From Octopus sinensis (taxonomy: Eukaryota): a stretch of DNA of 64,000 nt. The stretch is taken from NCBI RefSeq assembly GCF_006345805.1, contig NC_043013.1, positions 10,230,001 to 10,294,000 of the forward strand. Direction: 5' to 3'. Both the position numbers and the translations under genes were made by a program. The number at the start of each line of letters is the position of its first letter. Position 1 is the stretch's first letter. Shown here piece after piece: positions 1-12,529 of the stretch. The notes beneath the pieces are model-generated. The model saw only the letters and a program-made list of their open reading frames with translations, searched no databases and was not told where the DNA came from.

Positions 1-33
1 TCATGCATAGATGCACGTATATACATGTGTGTG

Positions 34-78
<45 letters not shown>

Positions 79-114
79 ATATATAATATATATATATACA
101 TACATATACATGTC

Positions 115-145
<31 letters not shown>

Positions 146-188
146 TGTATGTGTGTATGTAGGTACAACACACACACACAAGCACACA

Positions 189-226
<38 letters not shown>

Positions 227-419
227 GCATATATGTATGTATATACAGATATGCGTACCCACGCACATATGGGTAGTTAGATAGATATATGCATAGATAT
301 ATTGTATACACATGGAAACATACATGCAAAGAAAGATACTTGCAGAAGAATAATATTCACGCAAACATATATAACTATTTAGAAAAAGAGAGAGGGAGAG
401 AGAGAGAAAGATAGGGAGA

Positions 420-463
<44 letters not shown>

Positions 464-689
464 GAATCAATGATGTGTGAGAGTATAAGAAGCGAGATAA
501 TGGGAGATGAAATAAGAGACAAGAAGCAGCGTGGAAGAATTAGATGGAGTCTGCTGGGATACCATATTGGCAAGAAAGAATGGAGGACTTTGTCGGCGAA
601 GAATTGGTAAAGTCATCTGGTCGGAGAATAAACTTTAGCTTGACAACACCGATGTGACATCCTAAACGTCGTGGTGGCCTTTCTTCGTT

Positions 690-2075
690 TCAGTAATGGT
701 TGTAGTGGTAGTGATGATGATGGTGGTGGTGGTGGTAGTAGTAGTGGGGATGGTGGTTGGAGTATGAGCAGCTGTGGTAGTAGTGGTGATGTGATCAGTA
801 GTAGTATTGGTGGTAGTTACAGCTTGTGTAGTGGTGTGGGTGGTCATAGTTGTTGTGGTAGTTGTGATAGTGTTGAGGGATACCAATATGTTGTAGCGTT
901 GGCGTTGGTGTCGATGGTATTGGTGTCGGTGTTGGTAGTAATTCTCGTGGTGGTGGTGGTGGTGGTAGTGGTGATGGTGAGGTCTCGGTATAGAGGCTGA
1001 GGGCATTGAATATTCATTACTATTGTTGACGACGCCGGTGGTGATGTATGTGGTGGCCGTGCTGGTATGGTGGTTAAACTGATGATGTGGGTGGTAGTGG
1101 TGGCGATGTTGATGGTCGTGGTAATGAGGCTTGGAGTATCGTAAGAGGTGCTGCTGGAAGTGGTGATGATTGTGGTGATGGTTATGAAAGAGGTGTGATG
1201 GTGATAGTTGCCATGATAATGGTAGTGGTGGTGGAGATGTTAGAGTTGGTGGGGATGTTTCTGTTGATGGTGATAATAATCGTGGTGTTCTTCATAATGA
1301 TGGTGGTGTTGATAGTGATGGCTGTGGTGCAGATGGCGATAACAGTCATGGTAGTGAGGCTGATGGTAGTGCTAGGTTTTCATGGTGGCGGTGATGGTAG
1401 TGCTAGGTTTTCATGGTGGCGGTGATGGTAGTGCTAGGTTTTCATGGTGGCGGTGATGGTAGTGCTAGGTTTTCATGGTGGCGGTGATGGTAGTGCTAGG
1501 TTTTCATGGTGGCGGTGATGGTAGAGGTGGCGTTGATCGTAGTGGTGGTGGTGATAGTAGCGATGGTGATGATAGTGGTGGCTTTGATGGCAGTGGTGGT
1601 GATGGAAGTAGTGGTTATAATGAAAGCGTTGTTGGTAACGTTAAAGATAGCGGTGGTAGTAGTGGTGGTTTTGATGGTAGCGGTCGTGGCGATGGTAGTG
1701 GTAGCGGTGATCGTGGTGTTGGCGGTGGCGGTGATGGTAGTGGTGGTGATAATAGTATTGGTGGTGATAATAGTAGTGATGGTGATGGTAGTGGTGGCTG
1801 TGATGGTAGAAGTAGTGGTAGTGATGACAGTGTTGTTGGTAACGTTAGAGACAGCGGTGGTAGTAGTGTTGGCTTTGATGGTAGCAATGGTGGCGATGGT
1901 AGTGGTAGTGGTGAGAGTAGTGGTGGAGGTGGCGGTGATCGTAGTGTTGGCGGTGGCGGTGATAATAGTGATGGTAGTGGTGGTTGTGATGGTAGTGGTA
2001 GTGGTGGTGATGGAAGTAATGCTAGTGATGAAAGTGTTGTTGGTGATGTTAGAGATAGCGTTGGTAGTAGTAGTT
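690..2075. repeat. (GGT/GAT/AGT)n-type low-complexity tract with nested tandem repeats
   Basis: Degenerate trinucleotide repeats; overlapping Gly/Val/Thr-rich ORFs on both strands reflect the repeat. Confidence 0.9.
1361..1524. repeat. 31-bp minisatellite, 5 perfect copies plus a partial copy
   Basis: Unit tgatggtagtgctaggttttcatggtggcgg repeated from 1361. Confidence 0.95.
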
Positions 2076-2077
2076 GT

Positions 2078-2368
2078 AAAGTAAAGGTAAAGTCAACTTC
2101 TTGAGCCATGCCTGGCTCATAAGGTCCGGTTTCCCGGTTCCATTGACGTATAGGTTCCCCACGTGGACAGGACGCCGGCCCGTCTCAGGTGAGGATGAGA
2201 GAGTGAGAGAAAGTTGTGGCGAAAGAGTCAGTATAAGTTCGCCATTACCTTCTCCCAGAACCGCGTCGAGCTTAGGTGATTCGCTCATAAACACACAAGC
2301 ATCGCCTTGTCTGAGATTCGAACCCGCGATCTCTCGACCGTGAGTCTAATGCTCTAACCACTAGGCCA
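2078..2368 (-). mobile_element. tRNA-derived SINE related to the 30206/51835 family, with a different 3' tail
   Basis: Minus strand: tggcctagtggttagagc (A box), gggttcgaatctc (B box), central ctctttcgccacaactttctctcactct, tail ending ctttacctttac. Confidence 0.8.
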
Positions 2369-2377
2369 TATATATCA

Positions 2378-3152
2378 TGATCCGTTGCTGTTCCATTTTC
2401 AGTGTGGATTTCTGTTTGTTTTATAGCTTTTCTTGTTTCATCTTTTTCTTCATAGGCATTGCGTACTATGACTTCCCTTTTGAATTTGTCATCTTCCTTA
2501 AAGACCGAAAAGATTTTTATTTTCTTTTGTTCGTGTTTTTTGACTATTTGTATTAGCTTTCCTTTCTGTAGTCCTATGGGGCTTCTTTTGTAATAGTTTT
2601 CTAGCTGTATAAGGCATCTATCACTTTCTATATGTTGTATATATAACCTTTCTATGTCAGAGTTTGGATGGTGCAGCCCTAATCCTGTCCTTACTTTTCT
2701 TGTTTCCATGTCTACTTTTCTTAGTTCATTTAGAGTCCAGTTAAGGATATTGTAGCTGTAACTTATAACTGGGATGGCTAAAGTGTAAATACCTATTATC
2801 GGTTACATTGTTGATAACTATTATCTTGTTTTTCGCATTGAGCTCGGCTTTCAAGTATTAATCGAACTCGTCTATAGAATTATTTTCTTATCTTCTCTTT
2901 CATTTGTGTGCGTTGTATCGTATATAGTTCATTGATTCCTAAGTCTGAGTTTGGTCTAATTCTCCCATTTCAATTGCTTTATCTAGTGGGATGTTGCTAC
3001 TCTTAACTAGTTTCCCTCTTTTCAAGGTTGCTTTGACACATTTTTCTATGCAAAATTTCATGCTTATTACTTTAGTAAATCCATGTACTCTCGGTACTAA
3101 CGCTTCTAGCTGTTTATCATATATAGCGTACAGTTTTAGATCATTTCTATAC
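2378..3152 (-). pseudogene. Decayed R4/Dong-like non-LTR reverse transcriptase fragment
   Basis: YRNDLKLYA (YMDDLKLYA-like), MKFCIEKCVKATLKRGKL, TRKVRTGLGLHHPNSDIERLY; stops and frameshifts. Confidence 0.8.
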
Positions 3153-3174
3153 AAGATCGAAAACCGGTGATTGC

Positions 3175-3219
3175 CGTACGCTGACGACAGGTCAATACTT
3201 AGAAACTGCAGTCCGTGCG
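3175..3219 (+). ncRNA. Minimal type I hammerhead ribozyme, canonical core
   Basis: cgtacg-CTGACGA-caggt caat actta-GAAA-ctgcag-TC-cgtgcg: 6-bp helix I, 4-bp helix II, palindromic helix III, GUC cleavage triplet. Confidence 0.75.
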
Positions 3220-3569
3220 TATCTCTTAGGTTGACGAGGGAAGGAGGACCTCCCTTTGCAAATACCTTAGGAAGTGTGCCTAAAGCCAGCTGGAGGAGAT
3301 GTTCTCCTGGGGCTACAAGCTAGTAACACCCACCCTTAGTGGTTAGCCATATTGAGATGGCAAATATACCTCACAGATGGCTGATTGTTTTCCCGTAACC
3401 ACACACATAGATAAACTGCCACAACCACATACGCACACACACACACGTACTATCGTTACACACACATAGACTTGCAAGCACGCACATTCCCACACATACA
3501 CACACATACCTTCTTCACTTGCACTCTCCTGTCTTTGAATGAACTTTTTCTTCACCCATTCCCTTCCGG

Positions 3570-3775
3570 TCATTCCAATATGTGACCGAGTGTGTATCGT
3601 TGGCGACTTTCTTTCACCGTCTTCCCTTCCTTGGACATTCTCTATATTTCTGAAGAAGCGCTCCGCTCGAAATATGAAATCCTCCTTCTTTCTTTCCTTT
3701 CTTGAGCGTCCAATAACGCTGTACTTATTCTATGTCCTCGCGTTGTTGTGTTTTCTCTTTGTTCATGGTTTAGGA

Positions 3776-3780
<5 letters not shown>
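3570..3780 (+). mobile_element. PLE-like terminal-repeat fragment with degenerate hammerhead (3646-3680)
   Basis: Homologous to 63245-63438; attt-CTGAAGA-a gcgc tcc gctc-GAAA-ta-TG-aaat; 3' end abuts (TA)n. Confidence 0.65.
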
Positions 3781-3827
<47 letters not shown>

Positions 3828-3853
3828 GCATCCTTTTTGTCTCGGGAGACAAT

Positions 3854-3920
<67 letters not shown>

Positions 3921-4837
3921 TATATATATATACATATACATATATGTACACACACGCATGCGCACATATATATAAATATTTGAATGACCGTATGTATGTA
4001 GGTATGTATACACACATACATAATACAGGAGAAAGAGAGAGAGAGAGATGGAGAAAGCAGAGGAATGAGAGTAAGAAGGAGAAAGAAGCGAAAGAGTGAA
4101 AGATAAAGGTGTAGATAGATAGGTAGTGAGAGAATGAGGGAAAGAAACATAGATAGTCACATAAATAAAAGTGAATACGTGACATCAGTGAGAGGGGGCA
4201 GAAGACACAGATGTACAGAGAACGTCGAAATATATAATAAATAAACTAGTAAAATGCCTTAGTAACAACCGAAACTAACAACAATTACAAATTGTTTTAT
4301 TGACCAACCAAACAGTCCAATAGGTTAAGACATAAGATTTACGGTGGACCCTTTCACCATCACGCTTCTGTCCTACAGCCTACCAACTGTATTGTGTTTT
4401 TAAACTCATATCAATGATAAAATCATTTGTGAAGATAGCAAAAAGGAAGGAGGCGGAGTGTAAAGGAAGGTAAAAAGAAAGGAAGAGTAGGAGGAGATGG
4501 AAGTAGAGTAGACGTATAGAAATGAGAAATGAAGATAATGAAAATAAGGAGGAAAAAAAGTCAAGATGGAAGGTTTATTGCCGTTTGGTCAGCGAGTTTG
4601 ACGTAGGTCTTACGTTAAAGAAAATCATTAGGTGAAGAAATCTTTAAGGATAATAGACCAAACGTTTCTCCCCTTTTCAAACTATCATCTTACACTCACA
4701 CGTGCGCACACGCATATATATATATATATATATATATATACCACACACATAATATATATACATTATATATATATATGCACATACATACATACATATCTAT
4801 ATATATATATGCACATATACATACATACATATATTAT

Positions 4838-4869
<32 letters not shown>

Positions 4870-5161
4870 CAGGGAGGGAAAGAGGCAGAGAGAGGGAAAC
4901 GCACACACACACACACCTATGCGCACAGAAACACAAACGCGTACTCACACATGTGTTTAGCAGTGTATGCATGTACTAATAATTTGTATTTTGTAAGCAT
5001 ATGTACATATATATACATGTGTATATATGTGTGTGCATGTGCGTGTATGATTGAGTGCAAGTCTATGTGCGTGTGTTTGTTGCTTTCATCTTCATTTTAT
5101 ACAAACATATATGTATATATACAAATATTCATACCATAATAACATATAGATATATATATCC

Positions 5162-5217
<56 letters not shown>

Positions 5218-5243
5218 GCATCCTTTTTGTCTCGGGAGACAAT

Positions 5244-5298
<55 letters not shown>

Positions 5299-6138
5299 AT
5301 ATAATACATATATATATATTACATATACATATATGTACACACACGCATGCGCACATATATATAAATATTTGAATGACCGTATGTATGTAGGTATGTATAC
5401 ACACATACATAATACAGGAGAGAAAGAGAGAGAGAGAGAGAGATGGAGAAAGAATGAGGAAGGAAAGCAGAGGAATGAGAGTAGAAGGAGAAAGAAGCGA
5501 AAGAGTGAAAGATAAAGGTGTAGATAGATAGGTAGTGAGAGAATGAGGGAAAGAAACATAGATAGTCACATAAATAATAAAAGTGAATACGTGACATCAG
5601 TGAGAGGGGGCAGAAGACACAGATGTACAGAGAACGTCGAAATATATAATAAATAAACTAGTAAAATGCCTTAGTAACAACCGAAACTAACAACAATTAC
5701 AAATTGTTTTATTGACCAAACCAACAGTCCAATAGGTTAAGACATAAGATTTACGGTGGACCCTTTCACCATCACGCTTCTGTCCTACAGCCTACCAACT
5801 GTATTGTGTTTTTAAACTCATATCAATGATAAAATCATTGTGTGAAGATAGCAAAAAGGAAAGGCAGGGGAGTGTAAAGGAAGGTAAAAAGAAAGGAAAG
5901 AAGAGATAGGAGGTGAGTAGAAGTAGAGTAGAGTATAGAAATGAGAAATGAAGATAATGAAAATAGGAGGAAAAAAAGTCAAGATGGAAGGAAGGTTTAT
6001 TGCCGTTTGGTCAGCGAGTTTGACGTAGGTCTTACGTTAAAGAAAATCATTAGGTGAAGAAATCTTAAGGATAATAGACCAAACGTTTTCTCCCCCTTTC
6101 AAACTATCATCTTACACTCACACGTGCGCACACGCATT

Positions 6139-6170
<32 letters not shown>

Positions 6171-6237
6171 TATATATATATACATATATATATATATGCA
6201 CATACATACACATATCTATATATATATATATGCACAT

Positions 6238-6292
<55 letters not shown>

Positions 6293-6590
6293 GGAGGGAA
6301 AGAGGCAGAGAGAGGGAAACGCACACACACACACACCTATGCGCACAGAAACACAAACGCGTACTCACACATGTGTTTAGCAGTGTATGCATGTACTAAT
6401 ATATTTGTATTTTGTAAGCATATGTACATATATATACATGTGTATATATGTGTGTGCAGTGCGTGTGTATGATTGAGTGCAAGTCTATGTGCGTGTGTTT
6501 GTTGCTTCATCTTCATTTTATACAAACATATATGTATATATACAAATATTCATACAATATAACATATATATATATATATACATATATATA
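3780..6590. repeat. ~1.39-kb tandem duplication, 2 copies bounded by (TA)n
   Basis: gttggcatcc at 3824 and 5214; the unique sequence that follows is repeated near-identically, differing mainly by small indels. Confidence 0.9.
3822..3856 (-). mobile_element. 35-bp 3'-terminal remnant of the RTE LINE inside (TA)n; second copy 5213-5246
   Basis: Identical to 46512-46546, the 3' end of the RTE in this window. Confidence 0.85.
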
Positions 6591-6592
6591 TA

Positions 6593-6635
<43 letters not shown>

Positions 6636-6650
6636 TCATATATATATATA

Positions 6651-6739
<89 letters not shown>

Positions 6740-7039
6740 GCATAAGGAAAGAAGGAATGAGTGAGTGTGAAAGTGGGTGAGAGAGAGACACAGAGAAGCA
6801 GAGAAAGAGTGGGACACACACATTCTGTTTATATGCATGGAATTTATGCACTGTCTGATAGAGTTGGTATGTTGAGCCAATGCTGCCGTATTGTTATTAG
6901 TTTGTATTGCGTAAATTTGTCTTCATAGCATTTTATTTTATAAACTCAGCGAACTATTAAATCTAAACTGTTCATCCCAAAACAATATTAATAAATTTTA
7001 GGACATTCCCAGACGATAAATCAAGAAAGAAAAGAGAGT

Positions 7040-7800
7040 CTAGTTTTGCAGAGCTCCTTTCGCTAAAAGTTCTTTTTCTACCAATCAGACCGCGTTAAGT
7101 TATTTCTGTTTGGATCTTGTACATTCATAGAAAGACGTTTAGCCAATCTTATGATGACAATTCGGTGAGGCTATAAAGTAACTAGCAATGTAATCCTGTC
7201 ATCACGTAGGTAATCCAGCTTAGCCAATTGTTTTTGCCTCACTGATAAATATACTCCGATCTCGAAATATTAGGAAATGTAACAAAACCTCTTTTAAATG
7301 AAACTACCAATACGCTCTCGCGGCTTGCCCGGAGAAAGGCAACTCTTCCATGCAAGATGTTCTGATACTCCATAGAACTCTTCATATCCTAAATATGATA
7401 TGTATGTTATCCACAAGTAGTTTGTAATATGCTCTCCTTGGTCTGCCCATACCTGTATATCCATGCGTTTGTTTCTCTGGGGGTGTTTTGCATAACGCAT
7501 TCTTTCTCTAATTACCAAAGTGATGGTAGAAAATCTACCCTACAGTCGCTGTTTTATAGGATGTCACAGGCAAGAAAATCTGAAAACTGCATGAAACTTT
7601 CTCGTGAGCTTTCGTTCAAATCTCTTGTTTAGTGTCAATGCTGGAATGTATGAAGTACCGATTAAACGACTACTTGGGAGAAAAAAAAGAACCCTCTTCA
7701 TGTTATCAGGATTGGAAAATTTTCGTGTAATTCTGAGTCGGTGTAGGGCATATACATGTTTTATGAGACAACCCTGTCACATAAGAAGACAGGCATAAAG
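7040..7800 (-). pseudogene. Possible highly decayed piggyBac-like transposase relic
   Basis: Only faint peptide resemblance across frameshifts; 10320-10580 may be a similar C-terminal relic. Confidence 0.2.
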
Positions 7801-8699
7801 GTTAATGTAGTAAATGGCACTTTATGCTCGGAAAAACAAATCCGAAACGTATTTCAATAAGCAAAGAGCTACGTTACGCATGAATGCCAATGCTCAAAGT
7901 GGCAGTATCGCGAAAAAAGTAAAGAAAAATGACCGTAGCAGTGAATTATATCAAAATTATCTTTAAACTACAATGATGTGTATTTGACTGACTGAAACAT
8001 TAGATGAAGGTTTCTCGGCCCAGCCGACATCAAGTTACTGCTATGCAAACAAAAAATAAAAAGAAAAAAGAAAAAAGAAAAAAATTCAAGTGGACAAAAA
8101 ATTCAAGGAGATAACAGTGAAATGTTACCAAAGAAGTGAAACAAAGAAGCGGGTAGACTGAAACAAACCCGAAATTTTTATGTTATTGGAGTAATTTTAA
8201 GTTCGGTGAAGCACACTAGTTTGCGTAAGTGTGTGTATGTGTATCATCAATTTATATTATACACATATTTATATATCATATATAGGTATGTGTGAGTTTG
8301 CTAGTGTGTGTGTGTGTGTGTTATTTTGCATAATAAATGGAAGATGTTCGAGATAAATTTGACGATATTTCATGGATCATTTTATTTTTCAGGAAAAGCT
8401 TGAGGTATTAGCGAACAGTCACCGGTGTTGGAGAGCATAAAAATTAAATTTGTAGGTGAGAAAAAAAAAAGTTAGCTGACATGGAGGATTCGATGTCATC
8501 TGAATGTTGGAAAGATATTGCCTTCATCAAGGTGAATCGTGCTGGGTATCAAAATGCCGGCGTCATGACTGCTGCTCGGTATTGTAAAGGTTGTAAGACG
8601 TCATATACCTGCAACGAAATCGACGATGCCGTGACCTGCAGGAGTGACAGAGCATTCGTTCTGACAGCGGGCGCTCGTCTGATATCTTTGACAGGATCT

Positions 8700-8905
8700 T
8701 AGGCTCAGTTCAACAGACCACATGAATCTGCTGGAGGTTGTGGTCAAACCCTGGCTTGAGAATGCTGCTGCTGCTGCTGGAAGGTCATATGTTGCAGCAT
8801 GTTTCGATTCTATGTTATACCTCTGGAAAGGGTCAAACAGTATTTGTCGGAGAATTTCTACTGCTTCACCGGCCCCAATTCCTGGAGATTACAATTTCTG
8901 GTAAT
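8700..8905 (+). pseudogene. Decayed Tc1/mariner transposase fragment
   Basis: LLEVVVKPWLENAAAAAGRSYV, then frameshifted YTSGKGQTVFVG / LSENFYCFTGPNSW and DYNFW, resembling the second-to-third catalytic Asp region. Confidence 0.6.
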
Positions 8906-9584
8906 TCTGTGTGAGGAATTAAAGGAAACAACCAATGGTTGATCAGTAGGAAGTTTGTCGAAAAAAGAACAGGGAAACGAATATTTAACTGATGACAGAA
9001 ATGAGGTCACTGACGAACTACGTAAAGAGATTTATATACAAAGAGATCAATTAGAGAAAAGCGCATGACTGAGGACCACACTCGTGGTTCAAGCTATACT
9101 GAGAAATGTTTAAAAGTTACAAGTAAAGAAGAAAATTCACTCTGATATTGGAGAATCAACATCTGGAGGGAAAATTTAAAAGGGATATTGAACTAAAGAG
9201 GAGTCATACAAGGAAACACACTTTCTTCTATTTTAGTTTTAGTCACACTGATTACTTTGTCAACCATACTAAGTAACGCCTATGAAAGATATTCACTGAG
9301 AAATAAAGGGAGTGGGGAAGGGAATAATCGACATTTATAGATAGTTTAAAGCCTTATGACATTGATAAGAATCAATTGATTTCGCCAATGAAAACTAAAA
9401 ATATGTAGTAGTAGAATTAAGATGACATTTTTAATCAAGAAATATTCTGGGGTTCAGATGAAGGAGGGAAATCCGTAAAAGCTACTAAAATTGACATACC
9501 TAATTGATGAGTATCTAAAATCATTAATTGTAGAATGAATATAAATAAATTCATTATCATTCTAACAACAAACTGAAATTGTGC

Positions 9585-9950
9585 AGGAGAGGGATAGTCG
9601 ATCACATCGACACCAGTATTTGACTGGTAGTTCATTTATTGACCCCGGCGGAATTTTAACTCAGAACGTGCAGAATAACGCTAAGCATTTTGCATGGTTT
9701 GCTAACGATTCTGCCAGCTCACCGCCTTACTTTTAATAATATTAGTAATGGTTTCAAATTTTAGCATTAAACGAGAAATTTGGGATGCAGGGGGTTAAGT
9801 CGATAACATCGACTCCATTGCTCAACTGGTAATTAACTTTATGCAGCCCGGAATGATAAAGGATTTTGAACTCTGAACATAAAGACGGCAAGATGCCACT
9901 TAGCATGTTTTGCCAGACGTATTAACGATTCTGCCAACTTGCCGCCTTAA
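9585..9950 (-). mobile_element. Two decayed copies of the ggcgagctggcagaatcgttag SINE
   Basis: Reverse-complement heads ctaacgattctgccagctcaccgcc (~9702-9726) and aacgattctgccaacttgccgcc (~9924-9946). Confidence 0.75.
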
Positions 9951-10635
9951 CAACAAATACAAATAAAGTTTTTTAATCGTTTCCATTGCTTGTCATACAG
10001 AGAGCATCCCAGTAAAAGTTAAGGTGAATTTATTTCTCACTGAATATCAAGCAAATAATCGGAGAGGAAACCACAAGATTTCCAATTTATATTTCTCATA
10101 TTCGCCATCTCTCTTCCATCTTCCATCCTCTCTCCACCCCATTCTCACTCTCTCTGTATTTCCCGAATTCACGGTCGAATGTTATTTTTTTCTTGCGAAG
10201 TATCTTAATAGAAAGGCACTACATACGCTCGACCATGAGTTTGTTCATTATAAAATAAATGATATTTAATATCACAATATTTCTAGTTCAAAAACTTTCC
10301 CTCGTCATCATCAGATCCCAGTTCCTTTTGGTCGGGGTTGACTTAGTTTGAAAGCAGTATTAGGAGAGCGTAGATTAGTTTTGCAGAGTTTTGTGTGAAC
10401 ACGTTCGCAGTCCAGAATGGCAGAATTCCCATTCTATTTTGTTATCCTTCTTATCTATGGATTGTGTAATTCTTTTCGCTCGTCCAAGCGAAAATGTCGA
10501 CTGTTTTCTGATTCTCGACATAATTTCATATCCGGCAGAATAGTTAATTGAAAACTGCGTTATTCCTGTCTTTTCATTTTGTTACACAACAAAGTAAGAT
10601 GTGTTTATAATGTAATACCTTTCAATATGAGGATG

Positions 10636-10722
<87 letters not shown>

Positions 10723-10743
10723 GTTTGTCTGTCTGCCTCTCTC

Positions 10744-10782
<39 letters not shown>

Positions 10783-10814
10783 AACACTCTCTCGCTATAT
10801 ATATATATATATAA

Positions 10815-11255
10815 TATTAGGTAGTATAACTCCAAACTTACAGGGAAAAATCTAATTTAGTATTAAATCAAATTTCACAATATAAATATAGAATATATAA
10901 ACTAAAGAAAAAAACATTTTTTATACTTTTTGTGATCTAGTTATATGTTTTATAAAAAAATATTTTATTGTTTATTTATGATTTGGTTTATGTCTATCAT
11001 TGTTGGAATTGCATAATAGTGTTTGTGAATCAAACCAACTTAGGGATAATATTTATCCAATATACTGCTGATAGAATACCCAATTATTAATACACATGTA
11101 TTTTTATTACATTGCAATTACATTACCGAGTGTACTAAATGGGTGAAGGTAAAGAGATATTTTACCATTAATTTATAGAGCAATAAGAAAATGGTAGGAA
11201 TCAATAGGTGGTTCATCAACTTTTATCACCTATTGATCCTTCCATTTTCTTATTG

Positions 11256-11259
<4 letters not shown>
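10815..11259. mobile_element. AT-rich repeat abutting (TA)n with terminal hairpin, probably PLE-derived
   Basis: Start resembles 24355 (aatattag..tccaaacttacagg vs aatattaag..tccaaatttacagg); inverted arms 11177-11210/11227-11259. Confidence 0.45.
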
Positions 11260-11321
<62 letters not shown>

Positions 11322-11343
11322 TATATACATACATACATATATA

Positions 11344-11387
<44 letters not shown>

Positions 11388-11414
11388 CATACATACATAC
11401 ATATATAAATATAT

Positions 11415-11474
<60 letters not shown>

Positions 11475-11480
11475 ACACAT

Positions 11481-11536
<56 letters not shown>

Positions 11537-11954
11537 CAAAGTATGAACATACTGCTACATGAATAAAACAGTTACTGTCATCGCTACCAATACCACTAAA
11601 TACTACCACTACAACAACAACAACAACAGAAACAAAAATACACCAAGAAGGGTGCCTCTGAGTTCTGACCTCCTTACTTCTTAGAAATAGTTTCCAAATT
11701 TTCCTCCGATCACGTTCTAGGCCTCAGAAAAGGATTATGTGTTTCGAAGGGATGGTCATTGCTGAAATAGGTTTCGTAGGTAAAAGTTCGTTTCGGGATA
11801 AACATGAAAAACAAAGTTACTACTGTATCAAATCCATTACCATCACCAACACCACCAGCACCAGCACCACTACCGCCGTCACTGCTGCCACAAACATCAC
11901 TACTAACGAGGCTTCATAGAAACAGCAGCTAAATATCCTTCAAGCTGGCTGTAA

Positions 11955-12315
11955 CTCTTTTACTTGTTTCATTCATTTGACCGCGGCCATGCTGAGTATC
12001 GCCTTTAGTTGAGCAAATCAACTACAGAGCTTATTCTTTTTAAGCCTAGTACATATTCTATCGGTCTTTTTTGCTGAAGCGCTAAGCTATACGGATGTAA
12101 GCACACCAGCATCGGTTATCAAACATATACACACACATACATATATAAATACATATAAGACTGTCTTCTTCCAGTTTCCGTCTATCAAATCCACTAACAA
12201 GGCTTTGGTTGGCCCGAGGCTATAGTAGAAGACACATGCCCAAGGTTCCACGCAGTGGAACTGAACCCAGGACCATGTGGTTGGTAAGCAAGCTACTTAC
12301 CACACAGCTACGGGC
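11955..12315 (-). mobile_element. SINE, gtggctgtgtggtaag family with internal microsatellite
   Basis: Reverse complement of the 59556-59970 element: head, ccttgggca core, aaacaagtaaaagag tail. Confidence 0.85.
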
Positions 12316-12480
12316 TTAAAATTCGATAATATAATCATAGAAAACCGTTGAAAGATGGAATTGTCGCGTCTGGATTGTCGTCGATCGTAAGTTTTTTGAA
12401 GCAGAGCTGAACAGAAGCGAAAATAACAAGAAGTGAAAACAACAATAACCGAAATATGAACAAAAAGCTTGACATTGAAC

Positions 12481-12482
<2 letters not shown>

Positions 12483-12529
<47 letters not shown>

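Noticed and set aside
1361-1524. 31-bp repeats as a CRISPR array
   Set aside because: Head-to-tail with no spacers; eukaryotic context.
8985-9095. CTGATGA, CTGACGA and CTGAGGA words as hammerhead cores
   Set aside because: No complete helix I / helix II / GAAA arrangement.
10290-10320. Minus-strand CTGATGA...GAAA
   Set aside because: Helices I and II do not pair.
12341-12392. Micro-exon ending at GTAAGT
   Set aside because: Weak acceptor, no recognisable peptide.
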